Of a stretch of 57,923 bases of DNA, positions 1-7,714 are shown piece by piece. The stretch covers positions 1 to 57,923 of the forward strand of contig JAKALR010000002.1 in the NCBI GenBank assembly GCA_021824045.1, given 5' to 3'. Every line of letters starts with the position of its first letter. Position 1 is the stretch's first letter. The notes under the pieces were generated by a model. That model was not told the origin of the DNA and did not search any database. It was given only the letters and a program-made list of their open reading frames with translations. This DNA is from a bacterium (GTDB lineage Bacteria > Patescibacteriota > Minisyncoccia > UBA6257 > GWB1-50-10). The translations under genes and the position numbers were made by a program.

Positions 1-800
1 ATGTTGATGAACTCAATGAGATACGAGATGAGGAGCAGGTTCAAAAGGATGGGAATCGCGATCCGTATGCCGCCGCCAATCTCTTTCATGAAATGCCTGG
101 CGTCGTCTTTCATCCGCCCCATCGCCGTCCTCTCATCAGGCTCCCGGGAGTTCATGATGATTTCGATCATGTTCGTGATGATGAATACGCCGAAAGCGAT
201 ATAGACCAGCGCGACGACATCGACGCTCCAGCTCCTCGATTCCTTGAGGACGAAGTTGAGATAGAACCAAAAGAGATTCTCCTTCGACGCGGGGAAAATA
301 TTTGAAAAATTCAGGAAGAGCGCGATGGGTGCCATGGCGAGCGCGGCGAGATAAAGGATTTTCTCGGTTTTCCTGAGAACGGTCGTTCCCGCCGGCCTCT
401 CCCGAATGATGCTGGTGTGGTATTTGTCCGGCCGGTGGGGAGGGAGGACAAAAAGTTCCGGCACCGGATTGAATCCGGCGAGTTCTTTCTCGAGCTCGGC
501 CCTGAGCGGCTCCTGGTCGTATCCGAGGGCAATCACGTCGGGCCGCTCCCCTTTCGCCGCCGCCCACGTCCCAAGTTCGGCATCCCCCGGCACGACCCGG
601 TCCGCGGCGCCGGACGACAGGATCATCTGGGATCGCTCCGCGAAATCCGCGTCGGGCCGCCGACCCTTCAATTTTTCGACGATCACATCCTGCGCCAAAA
701 CGACAACGAGCTCGTCGCCGAGCTTTTTCGCCTGCTTCAGGAACTTGCGGTGCCCCCGGTGGAGGCCGTCGAACACGCCGAAAACCAGAACTTTTTTCAT
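1..800 (-). CDS. Cytidylyltransferase-like (HxGH nucleotidyltransferase) protein with hydrophobic C-terminal region; partial, its 3' end runs off the window
   Basis: Hand translation of the minus strand from ATG 800-798 gives MKKVLVFGVFDGLHRGHRKFLKQAKKLGDELVVV..., then hydrophobic segments (ILYLAALAMAPIALFL, VVALVYIAFGVFIITNMIEII). The frame stays open to position 1. This ORF is not in the supplied track. Confidence 0.6.
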   Translation of the reverse strand, partial: MKKVLVFGVFDGLHRGHRKFLKQAKKLGDELVVVLAQDVIVEKLKGRRPDADFAERSQMILSSGAADRVVPGDAELGTWAAAKGERPDVIALGYDQEPLRAELEKELAGFNPVPELFVLPPHRPDKYHTSIIRERPAGTTVLRKTEKILYLAALAMAPIALFLNFSNIFPASKENLFWFYLNFVLKESRSWSVDVVALVYIAFGVFIITNMIEIIMNSREPDERTAMGRMKDDARHFMKEIGGGIRIAIPILLNLLLISYLIEFIN

Positions 801-804
801 AGAG

Positions 805-885
805 TGGGCAGGGAGGGGGTCGAACCCTCATGCCTTGCGGCGCTGGCTCCTAAAACCAGTGCGTCTGCCATTCCGCCACCTGCCC
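805..885 (-). tRNA. tRNA-Leu (anticodon TAG), class II with long variable arm
   Basis: Hand fold of the reverse complement: acceptor GGGCAGG/CCTGCCC+A, anticodon stem CTGGT/GCCAG, loop TTTAGGA, T arm GAGGG-TTCGACC-CCCTC. Confidence 0.85.
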
Positions 886-916
886 GTACCCCTTATAGTA
901 TCAAATCGGTTATGGT

Positions 917-945
917 TTGACAAATTGGATAAAATATTGTAATAT
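917..945 (+). promoter_or_regulatory. Sigma70-like promoter (TTGACA, 17 nt spacer, TAATAT)
   Basis: TTGACA at 917-922, 17 nt spacer, TAATAT at 940-945. It lies about 110 nt upstream of the ORF at 1058. Confidence 0.45.
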
Positions 946-1057
946 ATACATAAGCTTTTAAAGAAACAGCCCCCATAGTTTTCGGGGCTCATACCGGGCA
1001 AAAGAGTATTCGGTATCGAAATAAAAATCCAAAAAGTTTAAGAAGGAGAAGAAAAAA

Positions 1058-1690
1058 ATGGCTAAGCAACAACAGCAACAAACTGGCCAACAGCAAAATC
1101 TCTTTGTGTTGGCGATGGAATTTCTCGAGCCACAGCTTCAAAACAGTTCGTACATTCAGAGGGTGATGGTGCTCGCAATGACGCCGAACAATACCCCAAT
1201 CTACGGTAAGGTTATCCAGTTTCAGTTGGATGGCGTAGATTACGGCGGACCAGTCTCTTTGTCGCCTCAGGGCAGGGTAATGAAAGAAATAGTCGGTTTA
1301 ACGGCTGGCAAGGCGTATAACTTCGGAGCCCTGCTTTATGGTACATCTGCATCGGTCTCAGAGCCCAGGTTAATGCCAGCTTTGCCGCAGGAGAAACAAA
1401 AGAAGAAAACTCCGGCGGAACTCGTTGTCGATCCCGCGAGAGTGGGCAATAAGATAAGCCTATTTTTGCGAGTTCTCGATGAAGAAAAAGAGGGAGTTCC
1501 CTTAGCCAAACTCACCATAGTCGACAGTAAGAAGGGCATACAAATCAAGAAAACTGACGAGCGTGGAGAGTTTGAGTACAAAATAGCGCTTGAGGAAGAT
1601 GAAGAGCGTGAAATTCAAATCGTGGTCGCCGGCTACGGAGATCAATCCTTCCGCCGCACATTCAGAGGAAGAAGGCTGGAGGAAAAATGA
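1058..1690 (+). CDS. Hypothetical protein with Gln-rich N-terminus
   Basis: ORF with AAGGAG RBS 8 nt upstream. N-terminus is MAKQQQQQTGQQQ. I recognised no family motif. Confidence 0.6.
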   Translation: MAKQQQQQTGQQQNLFVLAMEFLEPQLQNSSYIQRVMVLAMTPNNTPIYGKVIQFQLDGVDYGGPVSLSPQGRVMKEIVGLTAGKAYNFGALLYGTSASVSEPRLMPALPQEKQKKKTPAELVVDPARVGNKISLFLRVLDEEKEGVPLAKLTIVDSKKGIQIKKTDERGEFEYKIALEEDEEREIQIVVAGYGDQSFRRTFRGRRLEEK

Positions 1691-1739
1691 AATGATTGGA
1701 AAAAATTTTTGAAGCAGTGAAAGAAAAAGGAGCTTAAAA

Positions 1740-2507
1740 ATGGAGATTCAAAACGTTCTCATGGTCGTTGTTCTGGTTTTAGGGACAGCGATCCTCTCAA
1801 TGCTTACCATGATTGCCGCAGCGGCTGTGCGCATTATTTCGAAAAAGAAGCGAATGGAAGCTGCGACGGTTATGAAACAAGCGCCTGAGAGGCCGAAAAA
1901 ACATTGGCTGAAAGAACTGCCTCTAGTTTCCTTCGGATTTCTAAGGAAAATGGCATCGCCGGAATGGAACAATTGGGTTTTGGGCATATTCTGGTCTGTA
2001 ACTTTTGTTCTATTCTTCTTTGCTATTTTTGCGAAACATCCCACGGGGTTTACTGCGTGGAATGATTTAACCAGTCCTCCGAAGGACCCATACTCGTCCT
2101 CTATTAATTATCTTGTGAGCGGGGGCACTGAGTTAGAATCCGTGCACATGCGTAATGAAGGTACTTATGGCTGGTTAATTGCTTTCGGAATTTCTTTATT
2201 CGTCTCACTCACCTGGATACCTATTGCTTTTAGGGACGAAGCGAGAGCCGCCTTTGATAAGGCAGCGGATCTTTGGGAACAAAGATCCGAGCGGATAAAA
2301 CTTACCGAGGAGGTTAAATCTCCCGTCGTATCCCCACAACCCGCAACCCAGTCGGCGACGATTATTGATGGTGCCGGTGGTAAATCGGGCGGCAAATTCT
2401 GGAAACGTTTCAAGGCTTTTCTGCCCGTTGAGATAACGGGAGAAATCATCGGTGAAACCGTGGAACATTTCGGAGCGGCGGTACTCAAAAAAGTGATTAA
2501 GAGGTGA
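1740..2507 (+). CDS. Hypothetical membrane protein
   Basis: ORF with AAGGAG-like RBS and several hydrophobic helices (VLMVVVLVLGTAILSMLTMIAAAAV, WVLGIFWSVTFVLFFFAIF, WLIAFGISLFVSLTWIPIAF). Confidence 0.6.
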   Translation: MEIQNVLMVVVLVLGTAILSMLTMIAAAAVRIISKKKRMEAATVMKQAPERPKKHWLKELPLVSFGFLRKMASPEWNNWVLGIFWSVTFVLFFFAIFAKHPTGFTAWNDLTSPPKDPYSSSINYLVSGGTELESVHMRNEGTYGWLIAFGISLFVSLTWIPIAFRDEARAAFDKAADLWEQRSERIKLTEEVKSPVVSPQPATQSATIIDGAGGKSGGKFWKRFKAFLPVEITGEIIGETVEHFGAAVLKKVIKR

Positions 2508-2511
2508 GAAA

Positions 2512-3354
2512 ATGAGAAAATTCTTTACGTTTGGCGCACTGTTGGTGCTCTTCAGTCTCTTTGTGATGCAATCGGTGTGGTGGCTTATTGTTGCGGCGGT
2601 AATCATGATGATGTGGAAGTTTTTCTTATCCACATTTCCTGATCATGCCCGGCTCATCAATTTCGCCGCCAAAACCCTTGTAGTATTGGCAATCGTGGGC
2701 GGTGTTTATAACCGCTATGTCGCTCCCAATACAGTGCTCACCAGAGCAGCTCTCTATCATGCGATGAAGGATGGAGATTTTCGGACTTTTCTGAAGATCG
2801 AACCCAAACTCATGGATGCAGATATGAATGTGGCCAATACCACAAAGAGGGTTGAACGCCTTTACACAGAGAGATCGGGTATTTCTTTATTGGAGATTGT
2901 AAATGCCTACGATTCAGGCAAGGTCTCAAGTGACTCGGTTATGGCGTTTCTCTACTCAAAAGCCGAACAGAACCGAAGAATGAGGAATAAAGAGGATTCG
3001 ATTTATACGAAGATTTCAGGGGCGTCAGCCAAGGTCCGGCCGGTTTCCTATCAGCCGGAAATTCAACCACCCCAACCTCAACCCATTTCTTCTACTCCTA
3101 CTCAGATGGCAGTTACTGTCTCCCATGGTGAAGTAAAAACCATCACGGTGGGAAAGGGGTTCACGGAAATTGAGAAGGTAGGCAACATTGGCATAAATTT
3201 CATGCCTTCCGATTCCATCTACGTCGTGAACGCCGATGGGAGCGGGCCGCACATCTCGACGCCGACCAGCCGTGCCAGTATGCCCTCATCGGATCGCTTT
3301 TTCATGCGATCCCTGAGCGGCAATCCGGTGGAGGTTACTCTCTCCGGATACTAA
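2512..3354 (+). CDS. Hypothetical membrane protein
   Basis: ORF starts 4 nt after the previous stop, with a GAGGTGA RBS. N-terminal TM helices are followed by a soluble C-terminal part. Confidence 0.6.
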   Translation: MRKFFTFGALLVLFSLFVMQSVWWLIVAAVIMMMWKFFLSTFPDHARLINFAAKTLVVLAIVGGVYNRYVAPNTVLTRAALYHAMKDGDFRTFLKIEPKLMDADMNVANTTKRVERLYTERSGISLLEIVNAYDSGKVSSDSVMAFLYSKAEQNRRMRNKEDSIYTKISGASAKVRPVSYQPEIQPPQPQPISSTPTQMAVTVSHGEVKTITVGKGFTEIEKVGNIGINFMPSDSIYVVNADGSGPHISTPTSRASMPSSDRFFMRSLSGNPVEVTLSGY

Positions 3355-3362
3355 AGATTCAA

Positions 3363-3394
3363 AAGCGCATCCAAGAAATTTCTTGGATGCGCTT
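3363..3394. terminator. Perfect 32 bp palindrome between convergent genes (bidirectional terminator candidate)
   Basis: AAGCGCATCCAAGAAA/TTTCTTGGATGCGCTT, with an A-run upstream and T-rich sequence downstream. Confidence 0.6.
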
Positions 3395-3412
3395 ACTGTT
3401 TTATAGTCAGTT

Positions 3413-3688
3413 TTACTGGAGAAGTTGCTGGACTAATGTCACGATGCCGGTTGCTAGAATGCCGATCGCGACTGCGACGGCTGCGTAGATGATTTGTTTT
3501 TTCCCCTTTTCGAATTTTTTCGCGTCGTCGCCCGCCGTGAGTATCTGAAAGGCGCCGATCAAGATGAAGAGGACTGCGAGGACCAGGAGGATCGAATACA
3601 GGATCCCTCCCAGCCGGGTGATGGCATCGATGACCCCCTGGGGCGTCGTTATCGAGCTTGTGGCGTAGGCCGTGTTTATCAAATTCAT
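3413..3688 (-). CDS. VirB2/TrbC-like (T4SS pilin-like) small membrane protein, paralog P1
   Basis: 91 aa with a two-helix hairpin: LLVLAVLFILIGAFQILTAGDDAKKFEKGKKQIIYAAVAVAIGILATGIV. It shares this core with four neighbouring ORFs. Confidence 0.7.
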   Translation of the reverse strand: MNLINTAYATSSITTPQGVIDAITRLGGILYSILLVLAVLFILIGAFQILTAGDDAKKFEKGKKQIIYAAVAVAIGILATGIVTLVQQLLQ

Positions 3689-3791
3689 CCCGTTAGAAAT
3701 AAACTAAATAACCCAGTTGACGAGAAAGGGTTTTGCGTTTCATCGCTTCATAGTGACGGTGTAAATTGATTGCGCGTTTATTTCTAACGGG
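3689..3791 (-). mobile_element. Family-1 TIR element, subtype A (103 bp), abutting the P1 start codon
   Basis: 16 bp TIRs CCCGTTAGAAATAAAC / GTTTATTTCTAACGGG, flanked on both sides by ATTCAT (ATGAAT on the coding strand) at 3683-3688 and 3792-3797. Confidence 0.75.
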
Positions 3792-3820
3792 ATTCATGGT
3801 TTTATTATATCAAAAGAAAT

Positions 3821-4420
3821 CTATTGAGGCTCTTGGCAGGTATGCAAAATTGCATCGCAATATCCGGAATAGCATTCTGTGGGGCTGCCGCACTGCTGGC
3901 CGATTCCCTTCTGGCACTCACCCGTTGTCTGGTTGCATATCTGGCCGGGCAATACGCAGCCGCTCACATTGCATCCTGAGACGAGCGGGGCCGGCGGTAC
4001 CGGATTTATGGAACCGTACGTCGTTGTCGGTACACCGCCGCTCGGCGTCGTACCGGAATTCGTCGCTGTGTCGAAGAACGAGGTCACGAGGAGAATGACG
4101 CCGCCGCAGAGGATGCCGATCACGAGCGCGATAATGGCATTTTTTATGATACCCCTCCCTTTCTTAATTTTGTTGTCGTCGCCGCCCGCAGTGAGAAAAT
4201 TGAATGCCCCGATTAAAATGAAAACGACGACGACGGCGAGCAGAATGCCGAAGAGCCAGTTCCTCGCCAGGTTTATGGTGCTGATGACGGCGCTCCAGCC
4301 GCTCTTTGAAATGCTGGTCTGCGGAGGGGCCGAGGCGATTTGCGCAAAAACCGATGCCGCCCAAGTGAGCGGCATCAAGGTTGTTACGATGAAAATTATT
4401 TTACGAACCAATTTGAGCAT
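3821..4420 (-). CDS. VirB2/TrbC-like pilin paralog P2 with Cys-rich C-terminal extension
   Basis: Signal-like N-terminus. Core is ILLAVVVVFILIGAFNFLTAGGDDNKIKKGRGIIKNAIIALVIGIL. C-terminal tail contains 8 Cys (GCNVSGCVLPGQICNQTTGECQKGIGQQCGSPTECYSGYCDAILHTC). Confidence 0.7.
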   Translation of the reverse strand: MLKLVRKIIFIVTTLMPLTWAASVFAQIASAPPQTSISKSGWSAVISTINLARNWLFGILLAVVVVFILIGAFNFLTAGGDDNKIKKGRGIIKNAIIALVIGILCGGVILLVTSFFDTATNSGTTPSGGVPTTTYGSINPVPPAPLVSGCNVSGCVLPGQICNQTTGECQKGIGQQCGSPTECYSGYCDAILHTCQEPQ

Positions 4421-4438
4421 CGCCGGCTTCAGATTGTA

Positions 4439-4819
4439 TTAGCCTTGGTTAAACGGATTGGTTGGGGTAGATCCGGCACTCTGACCCATAAAGGTTATGA
4501 TCAAGGACACGATGCCTTTCGCGAGTAAGCCCAACACGACGGCGATGATAGCGAACGTGATCATTGACTTCGCTTTCTTGACTTTCGCGTCGTCGCCGCC
4601 CGCGGTGATATAGCTGAAAGCCGCAATGAGGATCAGGACGACCGCGGCAGCGAGCAAAATGCCGAGAATCCAACTTGCGATGGTGCTGATGATCTGGATG
4701 ATGCCGCCGTAGGTCGTTATGCCCGACGGGACCGTGACCTGCGCCAATGTCAAAAGCGGCAAAGCGCCAACGCCGTATGCCAATACTTTAATGAACTTCT
4801 CTAAATTTAGCTTTTTCAT
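4439..4819 (-). CDS. VirB2/TrbC-like pilin paralog P3
   Basis: Signal-like N-terminus plus core ILLAAAVVLILIAAFSYITAGGDDAKVKKAKSMITFAIIAVVLGLL. Confidence 0.7.
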   Translation of the reverse strand: MKKLNLEKFIKVLAYGVGALPLLTLAQVTVPSGITTYGGIIQIISTIASWILGILLAAAVVLILIAAFSYITAGGDDAKVKKAKSMITFAIIAVVLGLLAKGIVSLIITFMGQSAGSTPTNPFNQG

Positions 4820-4882
4820 GATGTTATTTTCTTATCCCCCATGAGGATGTACGACCTTTTCTCTGCTTATCTAAACAGGAGA

Positions 4883-5272
4883 TTAACCGCTGAGTATCTT
4901 CTGTACGATGCTTATTATACCACTTCCTACGAGGATTATACCATAGCCCACTGCCGTGTAAAGAATAGTTTTCTTGCCTTTTTCGAACTTCGCGGGCTCG
5001 CCGCCGGAAACCAATATCTGAATGCCACCCACGATGACCATGAAAGCGGCAATCGGCGATCCGGCCATAATGAGCCACTGCATGATGTTCTGCAAAACAC
5101 TTCCGATATCGCTGTTGGCGCTCCCCAGAGGATTGATAAGGGTGATATTGACAGCGCTCGGACTCGGCGGATTGAGATCGGCGAGAACGATACTGCCCGA
5201 GGTGAAGATGAAGATGACGGCAATGAGAAACGCGAATTTTTTTATCCCGTTAGAAACAAAAAGTTTCTTCAT
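4883..5272 (-). CDS. VirB2/TrbC-like pilin paralog P4. Start is placed at the ATG inside the upstream repeat element; the ORF stays open to 5365
   Basis: MKKLFVSNGIKKFAFLIAVIFIFTSGSIVLA reads as a signal peptide. Core is FMVIVGGIQILVSGGEPAKFEKGKKTILYTAVGYGIIL. There is no ATG directly after the element (ATA instead). Confidence 0.6.
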   Translation of the reverse strand: MKKLFVSNGIKKFAFLIAVIFIFTSGSIVLADLNPPSPSAVNITLINPLGSANSDIGSVLQNIMQWLIMAGSPIAAFMVIVGGIQILVSGGEPAKFEKGKKTILYTAVGYGIILVGSGIISIVQKILSG

Positions 5273-5350
5273 AAGCCATTGCTTACGAAGCGCGGTTGAC
5301 TCGACTTCTTTTGTAATCATTTTTTCCATAGGTTTGTGGTTTCTCACGGG
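5246..5350 (-). mobile_element. Family-1 TIR element, subtype B (105 bp), in frame with P4
   Basis: TIRs CCCGTGAGAAAC (coding-strand upstream arm) and GTTTCTAACGGG (gene-proximal arm). The internal sequence is homologous to copies 6188, 7607 and 29320. Confidence 0.75.
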
Positions 5351-5380
5351 ATTCATTGATTTCATTATACCAAAAGAATA

Positions 5381-6187
5381 TTACCAAGAACCCTCCGCTC
5401 CGCCGAATGGACCGGAATGTGCTCCGTTGGTGGACATCTGAATGCAGGAACCATTCGCCTCGCAATCGGCCTGAGTCGTATAACAAGTATAAATCGTTGA
5501 GCTGCCAAAGGTAACAGACGAGGTTTGAACTGCCCAAACCTGCTCTGGGGAAACGGCCGGCTTGCCGCATGCCGACTTCGACCCCGCATATATCGCCGCA
5601 TTGCTACAGAATGTTCCCGAAAAGTCGCTCAAGCTCCACGTGACTCCGGTATTTGAGCAGGCGTAATTGCCATTGCCGGCAACCTTCATATAGGTGCTTG
5701 AGGAGTTTTGAAGACCAGGCGCGGAATTGATCGGCTGGAGCTGCTGGTTGTGCGTGCAGGAGATTTGATCCCACGGAAACGCGGAGCTGCCGGTCAAGAA
5801 CCGGATTACCGTCGAGACGATGATCCACGAAAGGAGAGCGATCGCGACGCCCGTCACCGCTTTGATGAGGGTTTTCTGCCCCTTCTTGAACGTATTCTCG
5901 TTTCCCGTCGCGATGATCATCGTGATGCCGCCGATCACGATCATGAGAGTTCCGATGACGAGGGAGAACTTGAAGAGCATCTGGATGATGTTGTTCGTGA
6001 CGATGATGGCGTCGCAGAAATCGCAGGGGCCCACCGGGCCGCCCGTCGTGCTCTGGGCCGCGCAGCTCGTGTTGGTCCAAATGCCCGTGCCCTGGGCAAG
6101 CGCGAGTCCGGAACTCGACAAAAAGAGAATTATAAAAAATCCGAAAGCGGATGTGATTGCCAGTTTTGCTGTGAACCTTCTCTTCAT
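5381..6187 (-). CDS. VirB2/TrbC-like pilin paralog P5 with Cys-containing N-region and long Cys-rich C-terminal extension
   Basis: Signal-like N-terminus. Core is LVIGTLMIVIGGITMIIATGNENTFKKGQKTLIKAVTGVAIALL. The roughly 135 aa tail has multiple Cys. Confidence 0.65.
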   Translation of the reverse strand: MKRRFTAKLAITSAFGFFIILFLSSSGLALAQGTGIWTNTSCAAQSTTGGPVGPCDFCDAIIVTNNIIQMLFKFSLVIGTLMIVIGGITMIIATGNENTFKKGQKTLIKAVTGVAIALLSWIIVSTVIRFLTGSSAFPWDQISCTHNQQLQPINSAPGLQNSSSTYMKVAGNGNYACSNTGVTWSLSDFSGTFCSNAAIYAGSKSACGKPAVSPEQVWAVQTSSVTFGSSTIYTCYTTQADCEANGSCIQMSTNGAHSGPFGGAEGSW

Positions 6188-6293
6188 CCCGTTAGAAATA
6201 AAACACTTTCTTCATAAGCAATTGCCTATGATGCATGATTAGCTCGACTTGATAAATGGCCATCTTTTTCATAAGGTTGTGATTTCTTACGGG
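6188..6293 (-). mobile_element. Family-1 TIR element, subtype B (106 bp), fills the SBP-P5 spacer
   Basis: TIRs CCCGTAAGAAAT / ATTTCTAACGGG. The upstream ATGAAT overlaps the SBP stop (TAATGAAT). The gene-proximal TIR abuts the P5 ATG at 6187. Confidence 0.75.
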
Positions 6294-6298
6294 ATTCA

Positions 6299-7606
6299 TT
6301 AGAATCCGCTATTCATTATACTCGTCACCTGGCCTTCTGCCTGCTTCACGGCGTTTTCCGGGGTGCTTTGGCTGGTTACGTACGCATCGATCATTTGTGA
6401 GAGAACGTTATTAATTGAGCTCCGTTGCGGCCCATACCACGACCGGGCGTAGAGAGCCTGCTTCGCGAAAACCGAAAGAGACGGATCATTCAGGGAGGCG
6501 TTGATTAGGGAAAGGAGCGCCGGAGGATTGCCGGAAGCTTTCAGATATAAGTCGGCGGAAGTTTGGTTGGCGGCCATGAATTGTATGAACTGCCAATCCA
6601 GCGTTTGGTATCTCGACTGGCGGGACACCACGTAGCCGGAATAGTTCGGATACGCGACGTAGACCGTGGATGACGCCGGCTGGGGCATCGGCGCGACGCC
6701 GTAATTCAAGAACGAGTTCTTCGCCTTCAACTGGCTCAGGGCCGATTCATAATCAAAAATCATCGCGACTTTGTTTCCCGCGAACGCGTCCAAGGAGTCA
6801 GGCATATTGTAATTCCAGGTATAGAGTTTGTTTGTGGGATTTGAGAATTGCGCGTAGAACTGCAGGGCACTAAATCCCGTCGGGGAAGCGAACGTCGCCT
6901 GGTTCGTCGAGGGATTCGTCATCGCCGTGCCGGTCTGGAGCATGAGGAGCGACAGGAGATCGGGAGCGTGGTCGATGTTCACGGCGGATGTTCCGATGGC
7001 CGCCGCCGACTGGTTCACGGTGCCGGTCGAAGAAATCTCTGTCAGGGACGGGATTATGCTGTCAAAGCTTTGCCAGGTTGTCGGCGGATAGACGATACCC
7101 GCCTTAGCGAAGAGATCCTTGTTATACAAAAGAGCCATGGTATCCACGGAAAGCGGCAGCCCGTAGACATATCCTCCGGAGACGAAGTCCTGCGAAACCA
7201 CCTGCGGGAAGTATTGCTGCAGCATGAAGGGTGAAAGTTGGGCCGGGTTTGCGGGGACGATCTTGTTCAAATACGCGGGAAGTTCCGTCGAGGGAATCAT
7301 GAAAATATCCGGCGATTGCCCCGACGCCATGGCCTCGAGGAGCGCCTGGGAATAGATCGTGTAATCACCGAATGACCGGACGTTCACCTTGACGTTGGGA
7401 TAGGTCGCCTTGAAAGAAGATATGATTTTGTCGTAGAAGGATGGCTGGTCGCCGTACACCCACATCGAGAGATTTCCCGCGATGTTCGCCGGGTTCGTCG
7501 TTGAGGTCTTCGCGCCCGGGAGGATACCCGCGAGAATGAGGAGGAGAACGATAACGCCGAGGCCGATGCCTCCGAAAATCAACAGTTTTGTTTTTGAGAG
7601 ATTCAT
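6299..7606 (-). CDS. Extracellular solute-binding protein (ABC-type, family 1-like)
   Basis: 435 aa with an N-terminal TM/signal. Overall resembles sugar-type SBPs. No permease or ATPase gene is adjacent. Confidence 0.6.
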   Translation of the reverse strand: MNLSKTKLLIFGGIGLGVIVLLLILAGILPGAKTSTTNPANIAGNLSMWVYGDQPSFYDKIISSFKATYPNVKVNVRSFGDYTIYSQALLEAMASGQSPDIFMIPSTELPAYLNKIVPANPAQLSPFMLQQYFPQVVSQDFVSGGYVYGLPLSVDTMALLYNKDLFAKAGIVYPPTTWQSFDSIIPSLTEISSTGTVNQSAAAIGTSAVNIDHAPDLLSLLMLQTGTAMTNPSTNQATFASPTGFSALQFYAQFSNPTNKLYTWNYNMPDSLDAFAGNKVAMIFDYESALSQLKAKNSFLNYGVAPMPQPASSTVYVAYPNYSGYVVSRQSRYQTLDWQFIQFMAANQTSADLYLKASGNPPALLSLINASLNDPSLSVFAKQALYARSWYGPQRSSINNVLSQMIDAYVTSQSTPENAVKQAEGQVTSIMNSGF

Positions 7607-7712
7607 CCCGTTAGAAATAAAGCGCCTTTTCCATAAGAGATTGCCTATGATGCGCGACCGACTCGACTTCTTTCGTGACCATCCTTTTCATAAGTTTGCG
7701 ATTTCTCACGGG
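7607..7712 (-). mobile_element. Family-1 TIR element, subtype B (106 bp), fills the gyrA-SBP spacer
   Basis: TIRs CCCGTGAGAAAT / ATTTCTAACGGG. The element begins 2 nt after the gyrA stop and ends at the SBP ATG (7606). Confidence 0.75.
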
Positions 7713-7714
7713 AT

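Noticed and set aside
4883-5365. The full 160 aa version of pilin P4 starting at 5365.
   Set aside because: The first 31 codons are the repeat element read in frame. The internal ATG at 5272 gives a canonical signal peptide. The longer form cannot be excluded and is discussed as a finding.
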